Shown here: in pieces, positions 37,660 to 50,657 of the stretch
How positions within the stretch are numbered: the stretch's first letter is position 1
How the letters are laid out: every line of letters starts with the position of its first letter
Assembly (NCBI RefSeq): GCF_036321535.1
Contig: NC_087436.1
Location: 111,354,001-111,418,000, forward strand
Direction of reading: 5' to 3'
DNA: 64,000 nt
DNA from: Camelus dromedarius
Taxonomy: Eukaryota
The notes under the pieces: generated by a model
Told to the model about the DNA's origin: nothing
The model's input: the letters and a program-made list of their open reading frames with translations, nothing else
Database searches by the model: none
Position numbers and translations under genes: made by a program

Positions 37660-38765
37660 TTTTTTTAAGTTGAAGTATAATTGGATTACAATATTATATT
37701 AGTTTCAATATATACCATAGTGATTTGATGTCTTTAGTCATTACAAAATGATCATCATGATAAGTCTAGTGACCATCTGTCACCAAACAGATATTACCTG
37801 ACTATTGACTATATCCCCCATGCTGTGTATTACATCCCCATGACATTTTATAACTGGAAGTTTGTATGTCTTAATCTCTGTGATGTATTTCTCTCATCCT
37901 CCTACCCCTTGCCTCTGGCAACCACTAGTTTCTTCTCTGTATCTGTGAGTCTGTTTCTATTTTATGTTTATTTGTTTTGTTTGTCTTTTATGTCTTTTGT
38001 ATGTCTTGTTTTTGTATGTCTATTATGTCTTTTGTTTGTTAGATTCTACACATAAGTGAAATCATACAATATTTGTCTTTCTGACTTATTTCACTTAGCG
38101 TAAGACCTTCTATCTTCATCCATGGTGTCTCAAATGGCAAGATTTCACTCTTTGCTATGACTGAGTAATATTTCATCTTTTATATGCATCTTCTTTATCC
38201 ATTCATCTATCCATGGGCAAGATATAGGTTGCTTCAATATCTTGACTAATTGTGAATATTGATGCAATGAACATAGCAGTGCATATATATTTTTGAATTG
38301 GTGTTTTTGTTTTTTCAGAAAACTACCCTGAAGTGGAATTTCTGAGTCAGCTGGTAATTTTATTTTTAATTGTTTAAGGAACCTCCATATTGTTTGTCAT
38401 ACTGGCTGTACCAATTTACAATCCCACCAACACTGCTTGAGGGTTCCCTTTTCTCCACCAACACTTGTTATTTGTTTTCTTTTTGATAATAGCCATTCTG
38501 ACAGGTGTGAGGTGGGAGTCCGTTGCTTATTTGTTTTGTGTTTCCCTGATGATTAGTGATGTTGAGCATCTTTTCATGAGTCTGTTGGCTACCTGTGTCT
38601 TCTTTGGAAAATATCTATTCAGGTTGTCTGTCAATTTTTTAATTGGGTTGTTTTTCTTTTTATTGTTATGTTACATGAGTTCTTTGTATAGTTTAGGTAT
38701 TAAACCCTTATTGCTCAAGTAGGTATGTATTTACTGCCATTTTGTTAATTGTCTTCTGGTTGTTT
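37660..38765 (-). mobile_element. L1 3' end (about 1.1 kb)
   Basis: gacttatttcacttagc, aggaacctccata, gccattctgacaggtgtgaggtg. Confidence 0.78.
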
Positions 38766-39577
38766 ATTTTCCAATTCTTGCCTCAGCTTTCAGTCCCATT
38801 GAGTTTCTGTGCTTCAGACACCTGTTTTAATTACCCACTTTGGCAGGAGTCTCACCTGGGCAACTGGCCTCCCTCCCACCTGTCCTGTCATTCAGTCTCA
38901 GCAGGGAATCCAGTCCTGTGGTTTGTTTATAAGAACCAAGGTCTCTACACTTGAACATGTGTCCACATGCCTTTTAAAGAACTTCCTTTCATTCATCTGC
39001 TTCAATGAACTAAGTAAGAGTAAAGATCAATCCTTTTCTCTTATTCTCTATCAAGGCTGAGATCTTCATTCCATAATCCCCAGAACTTTATCTTCTTGGA
39101 GAATAATCTTCCTTTGTAATGTTAGTCTGAAAATGCTGCAAGGTGCATTTTTTTTTTTTTTTTTGGTTTGTGTTTACTGGATAGGTCTAAAGTGAACGTG
39201 AACTTTTGGGAGTTTATTCATCTTTATTTATTTCCAGCTGGTTTACAGTTTATTTACTTCCGATGGTTACAGTTATAAGTCAGCCCTTATCACTAGACAG
39301 CATTGTTCTCAGTAGCTGAGGTATCAAATAAACGTTTTTCTCTAATAAAATATCGCAAACTTAAATGCATTATTAGAGTTGTCAGGATGTCAATTGTATG
39401 CCTTCCACAATTTTTCCTATTGCAAAATGATTTTTTGGAAAAGTAGTTTAAAGCCAATTTGATTTCCACAATTTGGGGTAATTAAATTTAAGTTCTTAAC
39501 CATTCAGATGTTCTATATTTTCTTTGGCACCACCCACACGTCAATTCTATCAACTGGGAGACTCAGAACAAACATGA

Positions 39578-39619
39578 ACACACACACACACACACACACA
39601 CACAGAGACACACACACAC
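39578..39619. repeat. (CA)n microsatellite, interrupted
   Basis: Directly visible. Confidence 0.9.
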
Positions 39620-41289
39620 TCAGGAGTACACTTTCCTCTTCTTCTTCCTCCCCTTCAGTAAATCCTGATTTAGTTTTTAAAATCTCATTAGGTAATTTTG
39701 GTACTGTCTTAATTAAATATAGTATCTTAGGAAAGTAACCATTTAAGAAAATAGAGAAAAAGATTAATAATGGTTTAATCTTTATCTTCTTTCTCATAAT
39801 TTTACCTTTAAAAAATTTTCTTGGTATGTATTATCACAATGATGACAACTTTTTAAAAGATTGAATTTTTTATGGAGTAAACAATTGATCTAGTGATTTA
39901 TCAGGGTTGCCCTGCTTAAGTTCTACTTGATACTTGGTGAGTTATCAGTTAACCAAGTATTTTTATTTTTAGGAATGTCTTTTCCCCCAGAAGATCAAAA
40001 AGGAAAAGGTTCACACATGTAACTACAGATTCCTGGTAAGACCGAGACCTAAGTTCTAATCGTTCTGTTCTTTGGGGTTTTGCAACACCTCCTGGAAAAT
40101 GATGCATATGACCCTTATCCAGCAATGTTATATAAAACATAAAAGGGCCTTCTTTCTTTGATTGGAATGTGAAATTGTAATCTAGCATATTAGAATCATA
40201 AAATGAATCTGTGTTGGAAGAATCATTTAAGGTCCCCAGTCCAACAGCAGTCACACCCTACGGCACAATTCATTTATTGCAGTGGATTGCTTCCCTCTAG
40301 TGGTGAAAGGTGGTCATATCCCTTCAGTTTTGGTGTTCAGGTTTTTAGTTGCATGTAATTTATAAATTATTTTACACCATGCATTGCTTTAATTACGATG
40401 ATTACAATCTTTGCTTTTGTGATAACATCAAATAATATCAATGCTAAAACCATTATCTCATGACTTTAACAAAAAAGCAACAATATCTAAGAAGTTGAAG
40501 CTCATTGCTTCTCTAATTTCTTTCTGACTCACTAATTGTTTCAAATGAAACAATTTATCTCTGACTTATAATACTCCCACTTTTAAGAAATCTTGCAGAA
40601 ACGCACAGGATAGTTACAGTTATAAGTCAGCCCTTATCACTAGACAGCATTATTAGCCAGTATGATTAAGTTTCCAGAAACACAAATTGCCATCCTGTGG
40701 TCATAGCCTTTGGTGACGAACAGAACAAAACAAGAAGGGAGGATTTGGACAGTTCACTACCAGATCTAGGATTTGATAACAATTCATGCCTAGAAAGCAC
40801 TTTTTCATTTGGGGCAAATTGCTCTCAAGACACTCAGTGAGCTCAGTAAAGTTTCCAAATCATCCTTTGACATCCCCTTCATTTGAACTCTCAATGACTC
40901 TCTGAGGTAGAAGGGAAGGTATTATTATCCTACCTTTTTTTTTTTTTTCAAGCGGATGAGGAAACTGAGACTCAGAGAGCCCACCACAACACAGTCCCAA
41001 AAGTGGGATGAGAGTCCTGGTGGTCCCACTCTTGGTGAAATGCTTCAGAGTCAATATTCAGTTTTCAGCTGTGCATTTTATTTGGATGTCCCACTGGTAG
41101 GCTCTCAGATGCAACTCAGCCCAAACTGCTCCTTCTCCGGGATCTCTGTCACAGCGAGTGGCCTTGCCCTCACTAATCTCACCAAATGAGAGACTCGGCC
41201 GGCCTCCGGGATCCTTCCCTCTTTCTCCGTCCTCGTGGTCCACAAGGCTTGCTGATTCCCCTGACCCTCCGCCACATCCTGCTACACCT

Positions 41290-41600
41290 GTGTGTTGCTT
41301 CCCCAGAGCTGCCACAGCAGAGTTCCACGGACTGCGTGGCTTAGACATCAGAAACCTATTTCTCACACATCAAGAGGCTGGAGGTCTGAGATCCAGGTGT
41401 CAGCAGAGTTGGTTTCATCCAGGGCCTCTCTGGCTTATAGATGGCTGTCTTCTCCCTGTTTCTCTGCATGGTCTTTCCTCTGTGCCTGTCTGTGTCCTAA
41501 TCTCCTTTCTTATAAGGCCATCAGACATGTTGAATTAGGAGCCACTCTAATGACCTCATTTAACTTAATTACCTCCTTAAAACCCAACTCCACGTACGGT
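41290..41600 (-). mobile_element. MLT1-like MaLR LTR
   Basis: ggcttagacatcagaaacctatttctcac...gagatccaggtgtcagcag...ctaatgacctcatttaac pattern. Confidence 0.65.
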
Positions 41601-43599
41601 CACATTCATGATTCTGCACCATTGCTTAAATGTACGCCCTCATCCCAAGACCTGTTTCCTCACCTGCCTGCCTCTTGTCATTCTTCAAAACGGGGAGCAA
41701 ATGGGGGCCTCTCCGGGTTCCCTCAGGTGGATCAAAGCTCTGGCCCACAGAGCCACCCCGGACATGAGTGCATCCTGAGCGACTGGGCAGGGGAAGAGCA
41801 GTGTCACTCACTGTAGGAACAGTCTGGGAAGGAAGGGACGATTCGGTCTGACGTTGGAAACTCGCTGCCCCAGCCAGCTGTGTCCTGCCCTTCCTGGCGA
41901 CAGCTGCCCTAGACCAGGTGGCCTGGGTGAGCCCCTGGGCAGGTGAAGCTTCCTGATGGCTTCACATACACACCCCAATCTTCCCATTTATGGCTGGCTA
42001 CATATGTATTTCTATTTTGTATACATTTTAACTTAGACGCACACCTGTGAGGTTGGTACTCATCTGCGGAGACATTCATTTATATTTCCTTTTCCCCAAC
42101 CCTTTCTCTTTGCCCGTTCCAGCTGATCGCAGGGGAGGATTGTGCCAGTGTGGAAAACCAGAGGGCAATCATGGTGGCTTTGCTGTACGTGGGTTTTCCA
42201 GGTTGTGAATCACGCCCAACTCACTTGATCAAGGGTTCAATCAAATAAGCAGCTTCACATTTTAACCAACTCCCACCTCATTGTAGTAGCTCCTTTAACC
42301 CCTTCTAGCCTTTAAAATAATATCGTGTAAGCACGTCACACCAGCAACTTTATCGGAAACATGACCCCCACTCCAGCATGTGACTACTATTAACGACTAT
42401 TTACAAACCCCACCAGCACCAGCATGAGGCTGTGTCAGGAGCCAACATTGTACATCCCCCAGCCTGGTGCTATCATCAAATGAAATATTTGTGTCTCGTG
42501 TTCCTGGTGTGTAAACTGCCCAGACAATGTCCTATTCATCTTTGTATCCTCAGGACCCAGCGCTGGACACACAGTAATGCTCCCCAAATATCTACTGCAA
42601 ATAAAGTTAAAATAAGCAGGTCGATGGGAGGGCGGGGTGGGAGTGTCCAAGTACATGTTTGGAAACAGTTTTAGTGAGAAGCGTTTGGTAATGGGGGTGG
42701 GGGAGGGGAGGTGAAAGTGGAACTAGACCAGCTGTGAGTCGAGCATCGCTGAAGCTGGGTGATGGGGCTGCATCGTAGTGGTCTCTCTGCTTTTAAATGT
42801 TCCTGAAATTTGTCCTCAAAAAAAAAAAAAAAAAAAAACCCACAAAACCCACCAAAAAAAGTTGCATTTGTTTATAAATGGGCATGAGAAAGAAAGCTTT
42901 TTTGGGGGGGGGTGTTTGTCACAATGGCCATTAGTTGAGGAACAAAGGCAGTGACTTCCATCTCTTCTGGGGAGAAGCCCAGACAAGGGTGCCACTGGTG
43001 TGGCTGGTCAGCCCTTGAGGTGGTGTCACCGTTTCCCGAGAATAAAACCCTCATTTATCTGTCAGAGGGAAGAGCTGGGCAATAAAGTGGTGGTTGTCGG
43101 GGGCTCAGATTCTGTGAGCAGATCTGTCTGTGACGATGGCACGAGGGGAAGGTTACAGGGACTGGTGGGCTTGTCTGGAATTTTCCGCCGCAGGGGGGAT
43201 GCCTGTGAGTTTCGATACTGATATATTCACCAGAAGTTACAAAGAAGACAATGTAGAAATTAAAAAAAACAGCTTTGATATTTTTATGTGAAGAATGGGG
43301 AATGAAAATAAGTACACAGTGTACAATTGGGGGCGCAATGAAGGCATACAAAAGTTACAGTGTTGGGACATTGTGCTACAACATGGATGAACCTTGACAA
43401 CGTTAGGCAAAGTGAAAGAAAATGGTCCCCAAACCCACATATTGTATAGGTCCAGTTATATAACATGTCCAGAGTGGGCCAGTCCATAAGACGGAAAGTG
43501 GATTAGTGGTTGTCTAGGACTGAGCTGGGAAGGTAATGGAGAATGGCTGCTAATGGGCCAGAGGTTTACTTTAGGGGTAATTAGATTTCTTTATTTGTA

Positions 43600-43695
43600 T
43601 AGTTATTATTGTTTTTCAATGCAGGTACTGGAAATTGAACCCAGGACCTCATGCATGCTAACCACAAATTCTACCACCGAGCTATACCTTCCCTC
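43600..43695 (-). mobile_element. tRNA-derived SINE (Vic-1-like) nested in an old L1 3' fragment
   Basis: Reverse complement of the same head and B-box (attgaacccaggacctcatgcatgctaa...gagctataccttccc). Confidence 0.75.
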
Positions 43696-44239
43696 TGGGT
43701 CAAACACTTTAAATGACTGAAATTTATGGTGTATAAACTAATTCTCAATCAAGCTGCTATAAAGTGTTGGGTGAAGATAAGAGGATTTAAAAAAAATTGC
43801 TCATCACGTCATGATGTAACTCATTGCATTGTCTTTTCTATAAACAACACACCATTGATTGTCACTCAAAGTTAAAATCAGCAAGGATATATCACATCCA
43901 CCAATGATAATACATTTTTCCTGAAAGAAAATCCCAGAGAATATGTTTCTGATAAATCCCAAAATTGAAGACTCTCAAAATTTAAGTTCGGTTAGCTTTT
44001 GACCAAGTGCTTGGCAACCAAGCACCTGATGACGTGGAGTGTGTTTGATTTTTCTAGCAGTTGCTGCAGTCTGCCAATGCCCTCTTCTCACTTCCCTCTG
44101 TTGCTTTGTTGAGGAAGAGGTTGGCAAGTGGAGTTCTGGTGCTGGTCAGTCCTCCAGGTGGGTGATCAGTGTCCTCATCCCAGTGGGAGTTCAGTTGTTC
44201 TCCCCAAATCACTGTGACAGCCCAGTTGTTGTTTTCATA

Positions 44240-44635
44240 GCTGTTTCCTTGAAGTTTTCTCCAATTGATTTGGAGCCATACTCTGTTTATATACAGTGTA
44301 GGAACAGTTACAAGAACTTCAGGTTCACAGTATTTTAACTTTACTGAATTCATTTATCAGCTCTAATAGTTTTTTGGTGACATCTTTAGAACTTTCTATA
44401 TATATAATATCATGTCATCTGCAAACAGCTACAGTTTAACTTCTTCCTTCCAAATTGGATGACTTATTTCTTTTTCTTGTCTGATTGCTGTGGCTAGGGC
44501 TTCCAATACTATGTTGAATAAAAGGGTGAGAGTGGGTATTCATCTTGTTCCTAACTTATAGGAAATGCTGTCAGCATTTCACTGCTGAGTATGATGTTGG
44601 TTGTAGTATGATGTTGGCTTTGTCATATGTGGCCT
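44240..44635 (-). mobile_element. L1 ORF2 fragment
   Basis: atcatgtcatctgcaaacag, ttccaatactatgttgaata. Confidence 0.7.
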
Positions 44636-44964
44636 AGGTTTCTAGTTCTTTACCTCAAAAACTGGTAATAAGAGTAATCATTCTCAGGGTTTGTTTGTTT
44701 GTTTTGAGGTTGAAGAAGATAATGTGTGTGGAGTACTTAGCACAAAGCCTGGCATGAGGCAATGCTCAGTAAGGACTGGAGCTTATTCATGTCAAATTGT
44801 GACTCTGTTTGTTCACTAGTTGTTGACCTTGCAGTAGAAAAGAAAGTGAGATCATTTGAGCAAGGGAGAGCACAAGGCCTAATTTAATTGGTAAGAGTTG
44901 CATGTGTGTCATAGTTACATGGGTGTCTTATAAAGCTGTACTCTTAGTTTAACAACCACAACTA

Positions 44965-45044
44965 AAAGGAGAAGGATGAGGCAGAAGATGAGAATGATGA
45001 GGAGGAAGGAGGAGAAGAGGGAGATGGAGGAAGAAGAGGAGAGA
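44965..45044. repeat. Purine-rich (GAG/GAA/GAT)n low-complexity tract
   Basis: Directly visible. Confidence 0.8.
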
Positions 45045-45082
45045 TCTTTCATGCATAAAAATTAATCTAAAATGGGCACAGG

Positions 45083-45233
45083 AGTAGGGAGGGTATATTT
45101 CAAATGGTAGAGCATACACTTAGCATGCACTAGGTCTTGGGTTCAATCCCCAGTCCGTCCATTAAAAAAACCTCAAAACTAATAATAAATACATAGACCT
45201 AGTGACCTCCCCTGACAAAAGAAAAATAATAAA
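45083..45233 (+). mobile_element. tRNA-derived SINE (Vic-1-like) with perfect 15-bp TSD
   Basis: TSD taaaatgggcacagg at 45068-45082 and 45234-45248; A/B boxes; A-rich tail. Confidence 0.85.
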
Positions 45234-47144
45234 TAAAATGGGCACAGGGACCTCTCTGAGTGGCTATGTCCCTCTCCAGCCCTGAAGCTGCTGTTCACTT
45301 TTGTGATTCCCTGTGTCTTGCCTAGTCTCCTTCTACCAATCTAAGATTTCCAAAGATATACTCGGCATAATATGTAAGTATTTGAACTTCACGTAGGTGA
45401 TATAAGTGAGCACTCCACTCCAAGCAAAAATTTTCTAAATTGTGGTACCAATTAGACACTCACAGCTCATTCTGGTGATTTTGAGAAACAGAGACTTAAT
45501 TAGTGTGTGTCTATGTTTACTCTTTCTGCTTCTTTATTTTACCTCTTATTTATTAAAATTTTCAAACATGAGGAAAAATAGAGTAGTGTAATGAATACCC
45601 ATTATCTAAATTTAACAGTTGTTAATATTTTGCAGAGACTTGATTTTTTAAATCAAATTAATTTCGTGTTTAGACTTGGTCATATTAGCAGTAGGGAATC
45701 TCTTAAGTTGGCGATTTGGAGCGGGGAAAAGGGCCTAGGAATCACCTTAGTTACTTCATGTGTGTGAATGGGGAGGCATCCCCAGGACCTCTGGGGCAGG
45801 ATGCAGTGTTGACACCACGTGGGGCTCCCAGGCTGCCAAAGCAGGTGGGAGGCTTCGCAGCAGAGCCTGGATGTGGACCAGACAGGAGACCCGGAGGGAG
45901 GACTTGGTGGTCACTCAGGCGTCTGCAGCCGGTAGGATCCAAGACGAGGACAAGTCTTCTAGGCAGCGAATGGGCTCTGACCAGTTGAAAAAACATTTCA
46001 TAAATTATTGCACCCTCAGGCTGCCCTGGGAAGGCTGGCAGGGCAAGCCGCAGCCAGGGGGCAGGAGCCCAGTGAGCCCTGCCAGTGTACCCCCAGAACC
46101 ATCAGGAGACAAGGGGATGCTCCCCAGAGATCAGGAGTATGTGTGCACGTGCCTCCTTCTCCCTTAACCCCAGAACCTTTGGGACAGAGGGGTTATCTGA
46201 GGAGCCAGCCGTTTTATCCCAGAGAGTCTGGGCACTGTCTCCAAGTATAAACAGTCAGACTGGGTTAAATTCAAACTGGATTGGGCATTTATTATTATTT
46301 TTTTCCTTACTCATAAAATGACCAGATTAACTATAACCAAAATACACCCATAAAATGTATTCTCTACCTTTGAGTGTATCGTGACCCAGATATTTATTCT
46401 CCCTCCTTCCCACTCCTCCCCTCACCTGTAACAAACTCACAAAATTTCACGTAGGAATCTCTTCTGTAGTAGCCCTGAGAGATGTCTTCCAGGCTGAACC
46501 TGACTGTCTCCAGCACCCAGCTGCTTGGAGAATGAAATCTCTGGAGGGCAGGAATTTTTGTCTGTTCACTGCTCTACTACCAGAAGTTTCAATACTTGTA
46601 GAATGAATGAATTAATGTTCCAAGACCCTCAGATGTTTGTCATATAAACTGTTGCCAGAGTCTTCTGTTTATGTTATTGATTTTAAAAAATCCCCATCAG
46701 CAGGGCTTTATGTTCAACTTGATGGAACACTGACATTTCCACTTGTTTTCAAGACAGCACTGCAGTCTGTCCCTATCTTTGGAATCTATCTCTTACCACG
46801 TTAACGATCCCTTCCAGCCATGTGCCACCTGCATATTTGATGAGTGATGTCAGTCTGCTAAATAGGACTGCAGCTGTGTCTGGGTGGCGCGGGGAGGGGG
46901 AGCCCTGGAAGGCACAGAGGAGCACAGCAGGGAAGCACTCGGGGTTAGAACAGAATGGAAGCGATGCCATGGAAACTTTCTGAAGCTCAATGTTAAGGAA
47001 AGAGAGAGTGAGTCCAAATCAGGTATCATTTCAGATGAAGCTAATTTGGGGGGATTAGATAACTTTTACTTGGCATGAGGATGGGAGAGCTGGGGAAGGA
47101 TTCGCCCCAGCTGGCATCGTGGGAAAATGAATTAATAATGAGTT

Positions 47145-47575
47145 GTGTACCCAGATGAGTGAGTGTTCTCTAAAGAAATAGAAGCAAGAGGATGTGTGTG
47201 TGTGTGTGTATGCACGCACGCATGAGAAAGAGATTTATTATGCAGAATTGGCTCACATGATTGTGGAGACTGGCAAATCCAAAATCTGCAGGGTAGGTAG
47301 GCTGGCAGTCTGGAGATCTGGGGAAGAGCTGCAGTTTGAGTCTGGTGGCAGTTTGTTGGCAGAATTCCCTCTCCCCGGGGGAGGGCAGTCCTTTTCTTAA
47401 AGCCTTCCACTGATTGGATGAGACCCTCCCACATTATGGAGGGCAATCTGCTTTGCTTAATGTCTACTGATTAACCCCCATCCAAAAAATCCCTTCACAG
47501 AAACATCTAAAATAATACTTGACCAATATGAGGGTACCGTGGCCTAGCCAAGCTGACACAAAAAATTAACCACCA
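47145..47575 (-). mobile_element. MLT2-like ERVL LTR downstream of CLRN2
   Basis: Typical gagatttattatgcagaattggctcacatgattgtggagactggcaa... and aagctgacacaaaaaattaaccac end, with internal (GT)n. Confidence 0.7.
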
Positions 47576-48624
47576 GAGAACCACTTAGCAAAAATCGAAC
47601 ACAGAACAGCTGGGTTCATCTGACAGCTGAATTAGAGCAATGTTCTAACCCCACTGGCAATTCACATACTACCCAGCCCTCTTTGTAGTTTCCTGCCTCG
47701 CGTCTCTGCCTCTTTGCTGACTCATCCTGGAATGCTCTTTTCCAACCTTGCTTCCCTCACCACTGGAAAAATGCTCCTCACCTTTCAAAGCTCAGATCAA
47801 GTGTCAACTCTGTGATACTGTCTTTAACACCACATCCCATCCTGAAGAACTGATTCCTTTGTCTGTCTTTTCTGCATGTCCCGTTGTAACACTGATCACA
47901 TGGCCTTGCAATGGCTTGTACGTCAAACGTCAGATTAGCAAAGTGGTTAAAAGTGTAAACTCTGGCTCTAGACTTCCTCCATTTAATTCCTGACCTGGGC
48001 AAGTTACCCAATCTCTTTATGCCTTAGCTTCTTCATCTGTGAAATGGGACTATATCGACAATCTGAGTTTATAGTGAGGACTCGATGACTTACTACATGT
48101 AAAACTTTTAAAACTGCATGTAGTAACCACTCAGAAAAATGGGACTTATTTTCATTCTTAGTGTTACGGTTGCTATCTGATTCCTGTGTCGTGTGGAAAG
48201 ACTAGGTGTTTCTGGAGGCCAGGGACGTTATCCTACTCCTCTGTGCATCCCCCCTAATATTGTGTAGACGATACCAATGGGCTCTAGACATTTCCTGGAG
48301 TGTATAGTACCTTATATGTGTGGGGACCTCTATAATATATGAAGACTGGCAACATTATCACTCATTCAAACCTCATTGTGAGGTCATTAATATCCCCATT
48401 TTACAGATGGAGAAACTGAGAAGTAGACATGAATTGAATTGTCCAATGTCACACAAGGCAGGCAAGTGGCAGACTAACTCCAAGGTCAGTGAGAGAGAAG
48501 TGCAGGGATGCCAGGAGTTTGGAGTTTCTTTTCTGGCCCAGGGACCACCTTTTCCTCCTTCCACTTCCTTTTTACTGCCAAGAACATAGACGTTCTGGAC
48601 TGTGATGCCTGCAAAATACAAAAG

Positions 48625-48655
<31 letters not shown>

Positions 48656-48698
48656 GAGGTCTCCTTTCACAGTACAGAACTGAGTTAGGAGAAGGCTA

Positions 48699-48964
48699 TT
48701 AATACAAGATATCCTCGGCCGTGACCGTGGCCTCTTCTATTTTGGTCTTAATCTCCGGGAGGGGAATTTGACTGATGGCCACCACCACCAAGTTAGTGGC
48801 GTGGGCCGAGGCGCTGGCCACGCAGATCCAGAACGACTCTTCGTACTGTTCCTCCACCACCACGAAGTGAAAGAACTTCTCCTGAAAGTTGGCGATTCGC
48901 TTGGTCAGGTCGTGAAATTTCACCGCAGCCATGAAGCTGGCGAGGGCCAGAGCCACCACTCCGC
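48699..48964 (-). CDS. CLRN2: CLRN2 exon 3 coding part (GVVALALASFMAAVKFHDLT...EEATVTAEDILY*)
   Basis: Within ORF 48699..49046; tttcag|GC acceptor; TAA stop; 266 nt. Confidence 0.96.
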
Positions 48965-49823
48965 CTGAAACACAAAAAGGATGCCCTCGTTCACAGCTCC
49001 TTTTTACAATTTGATGACTAGATGTGAGGGGGCATGTCTGTGGCACAGGCCACCAACTTGCTTGGGGTTTAAAACATTCTTAGGGCGGCACAAATTTTCA
49101 TTTGCTTTTAAAAGCAGCAGATAATCCAGTGTGAGGGGTGAGAGGTGTTGGGAGACACAGGATAAGCTTCGCATCACATTGACTTTGACTCTAGACCCCT
49201 CTGATTTTTCCCTGACCCATTGAAGGTGTGCACATGTCTCTAAACTTTTCAGCATTTGTATGTAGACCCTGAGGACTGTGTGGGAAGATGTTAGAATGTC
49301 CTACTGGGTGGACTAGGGGGTTAACAGAGAGTTAGACTATTCTCTCCTCTTTGTCCTCTTTCCAAGCTTAAGGATAAGGGGGGTGAAGTGGAGGAGGAAA
49401 GGGAAGTAGAGAGAGGAAATTGGAAAGATTTCAAACCTCACATGCTTCCCTACCTGTGGCTTCAGACTTTGACCTTCTGGGTTCCCTCTGTTTCTCTTTC
49501 TCTCTTCATCTCTCTCTCCCTTTCTCTCTACTTTTCTACTGCCTTGATTTTAATTAATATTTAAAAACACATTTATTATGCCATTACATAATAAAATATT
49601 ATGCCATGCATGATAAAACAACATTACCTATTTTTATACTTCATGGTCATCCTGTATGAGGTAAAGGTAGTGAGGGGTTTTGGCCATAAGGATGCCTTGA
49701 ACATGGGACCTTGGTTTCCTGAAATCATTCTTGGGATTTTGTTACTTTCATTACAGGTGATTTTTTTCAGTGCATAACTAAATGTGAATGAATTTCTGCA
49801 TATCAGTATATTCTCCCAAATCA

Positions 49824-49826
<3 letters not shown>

Positions 49827-49861
<35 letters not shown>

Positions 49862-49862
49862 A
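49827..49862. repeat. (CA)n microsatellite in CLRN2 intron 2
   Basis: Directly visible. Confidence 0.9.
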
Positions 49863-50477
49863 TACATGTTTTGTCTTGGAAAATAGGTCACAATGGTCAT
49901 AAATGCCACCATAGATTAATGAAAAGACAAAAAAAAATTCAGACTCAATTATACATGGGTTGGAATTACACCTCTGAAACTTATTGCTGTGTGACTTTTG
50001 GTGCATCTTTTAACTTCTCTGAGCCTCAGGCTCTTCATCTGTAAATATGGTAATAATACCACCATACAGGGAGGCTGTGAGGTTTGTAGGAAATAAGGCA
50101 TGAAAACCCCCAGGTCCCTTCTTTTCTGTCGTTGGTGAGGTTCCTCCAGCCTCACAGCAGCAGCCCTGCCTCCTCACTCCTTCTACAGCCCCTGCCTCTC
50201 CATCCCCAGCTCTGTCTTCTCTCTTCTCTCATCACCCCCTCTTTGCTGCTCCAAGTCCTCAGCCACTCAGGTATGCTGACAATTTGGTTCTTATGTTGAC
50301 AGAGATGCTGCAACTTTTGGTGAAAAGGACATTCATGTCTATTAAGAAGGTAAGAGACCCAAGGAAGTGAAGGTTGGGGGGGGCATTTTACTTCCTTCAC
50401 ACCTTCTGCCCCTCTGCTTGGAACTCAGCCCCGTGATGGCATGGACAGGAGTCTCTCTCCCCTGGGACCTTCCTCAC

Positions 50478-50657
50478 CTGCAAGGACATTCCACAGGCAG
50501 ATGCCCCCGGGGCCATTGACTGCTCGGTACGGAACCTGGACCATGTTGAGAATGGCGAAGCCCATGCTGACCAGCGCCAGCGCCAGGGCCAGGGAGAGGA
50601 GCAGCAGGATGGTCATGTGCAGGCCCGCGCTGAGCTCCTTCAGCAGGTGCGGGAAGA
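50478..50657 (-). CDS. CLRN2: CLRN2 exon 2 (FPHLLKELSAGLHMTILLLL...GICLWNVLA)
   Basis: Within ORF 50425..51012; ccacag|TC acceptor, G|GTGAGG donor; 180 nt. Confidence 0.95.

Noticed and set aside
39266..40651. 39-bp direct repeat as a CRISPR-like array
   Set aside because: Only two copies 1.3 kb apart, in eukaryotic DNA, with no cas genes.
44054..44353. 99-aa minus-strand ORF next to an L1 fragment
   Set aside because: Partly L1-derived; the remainder matches no protein family I recognise.
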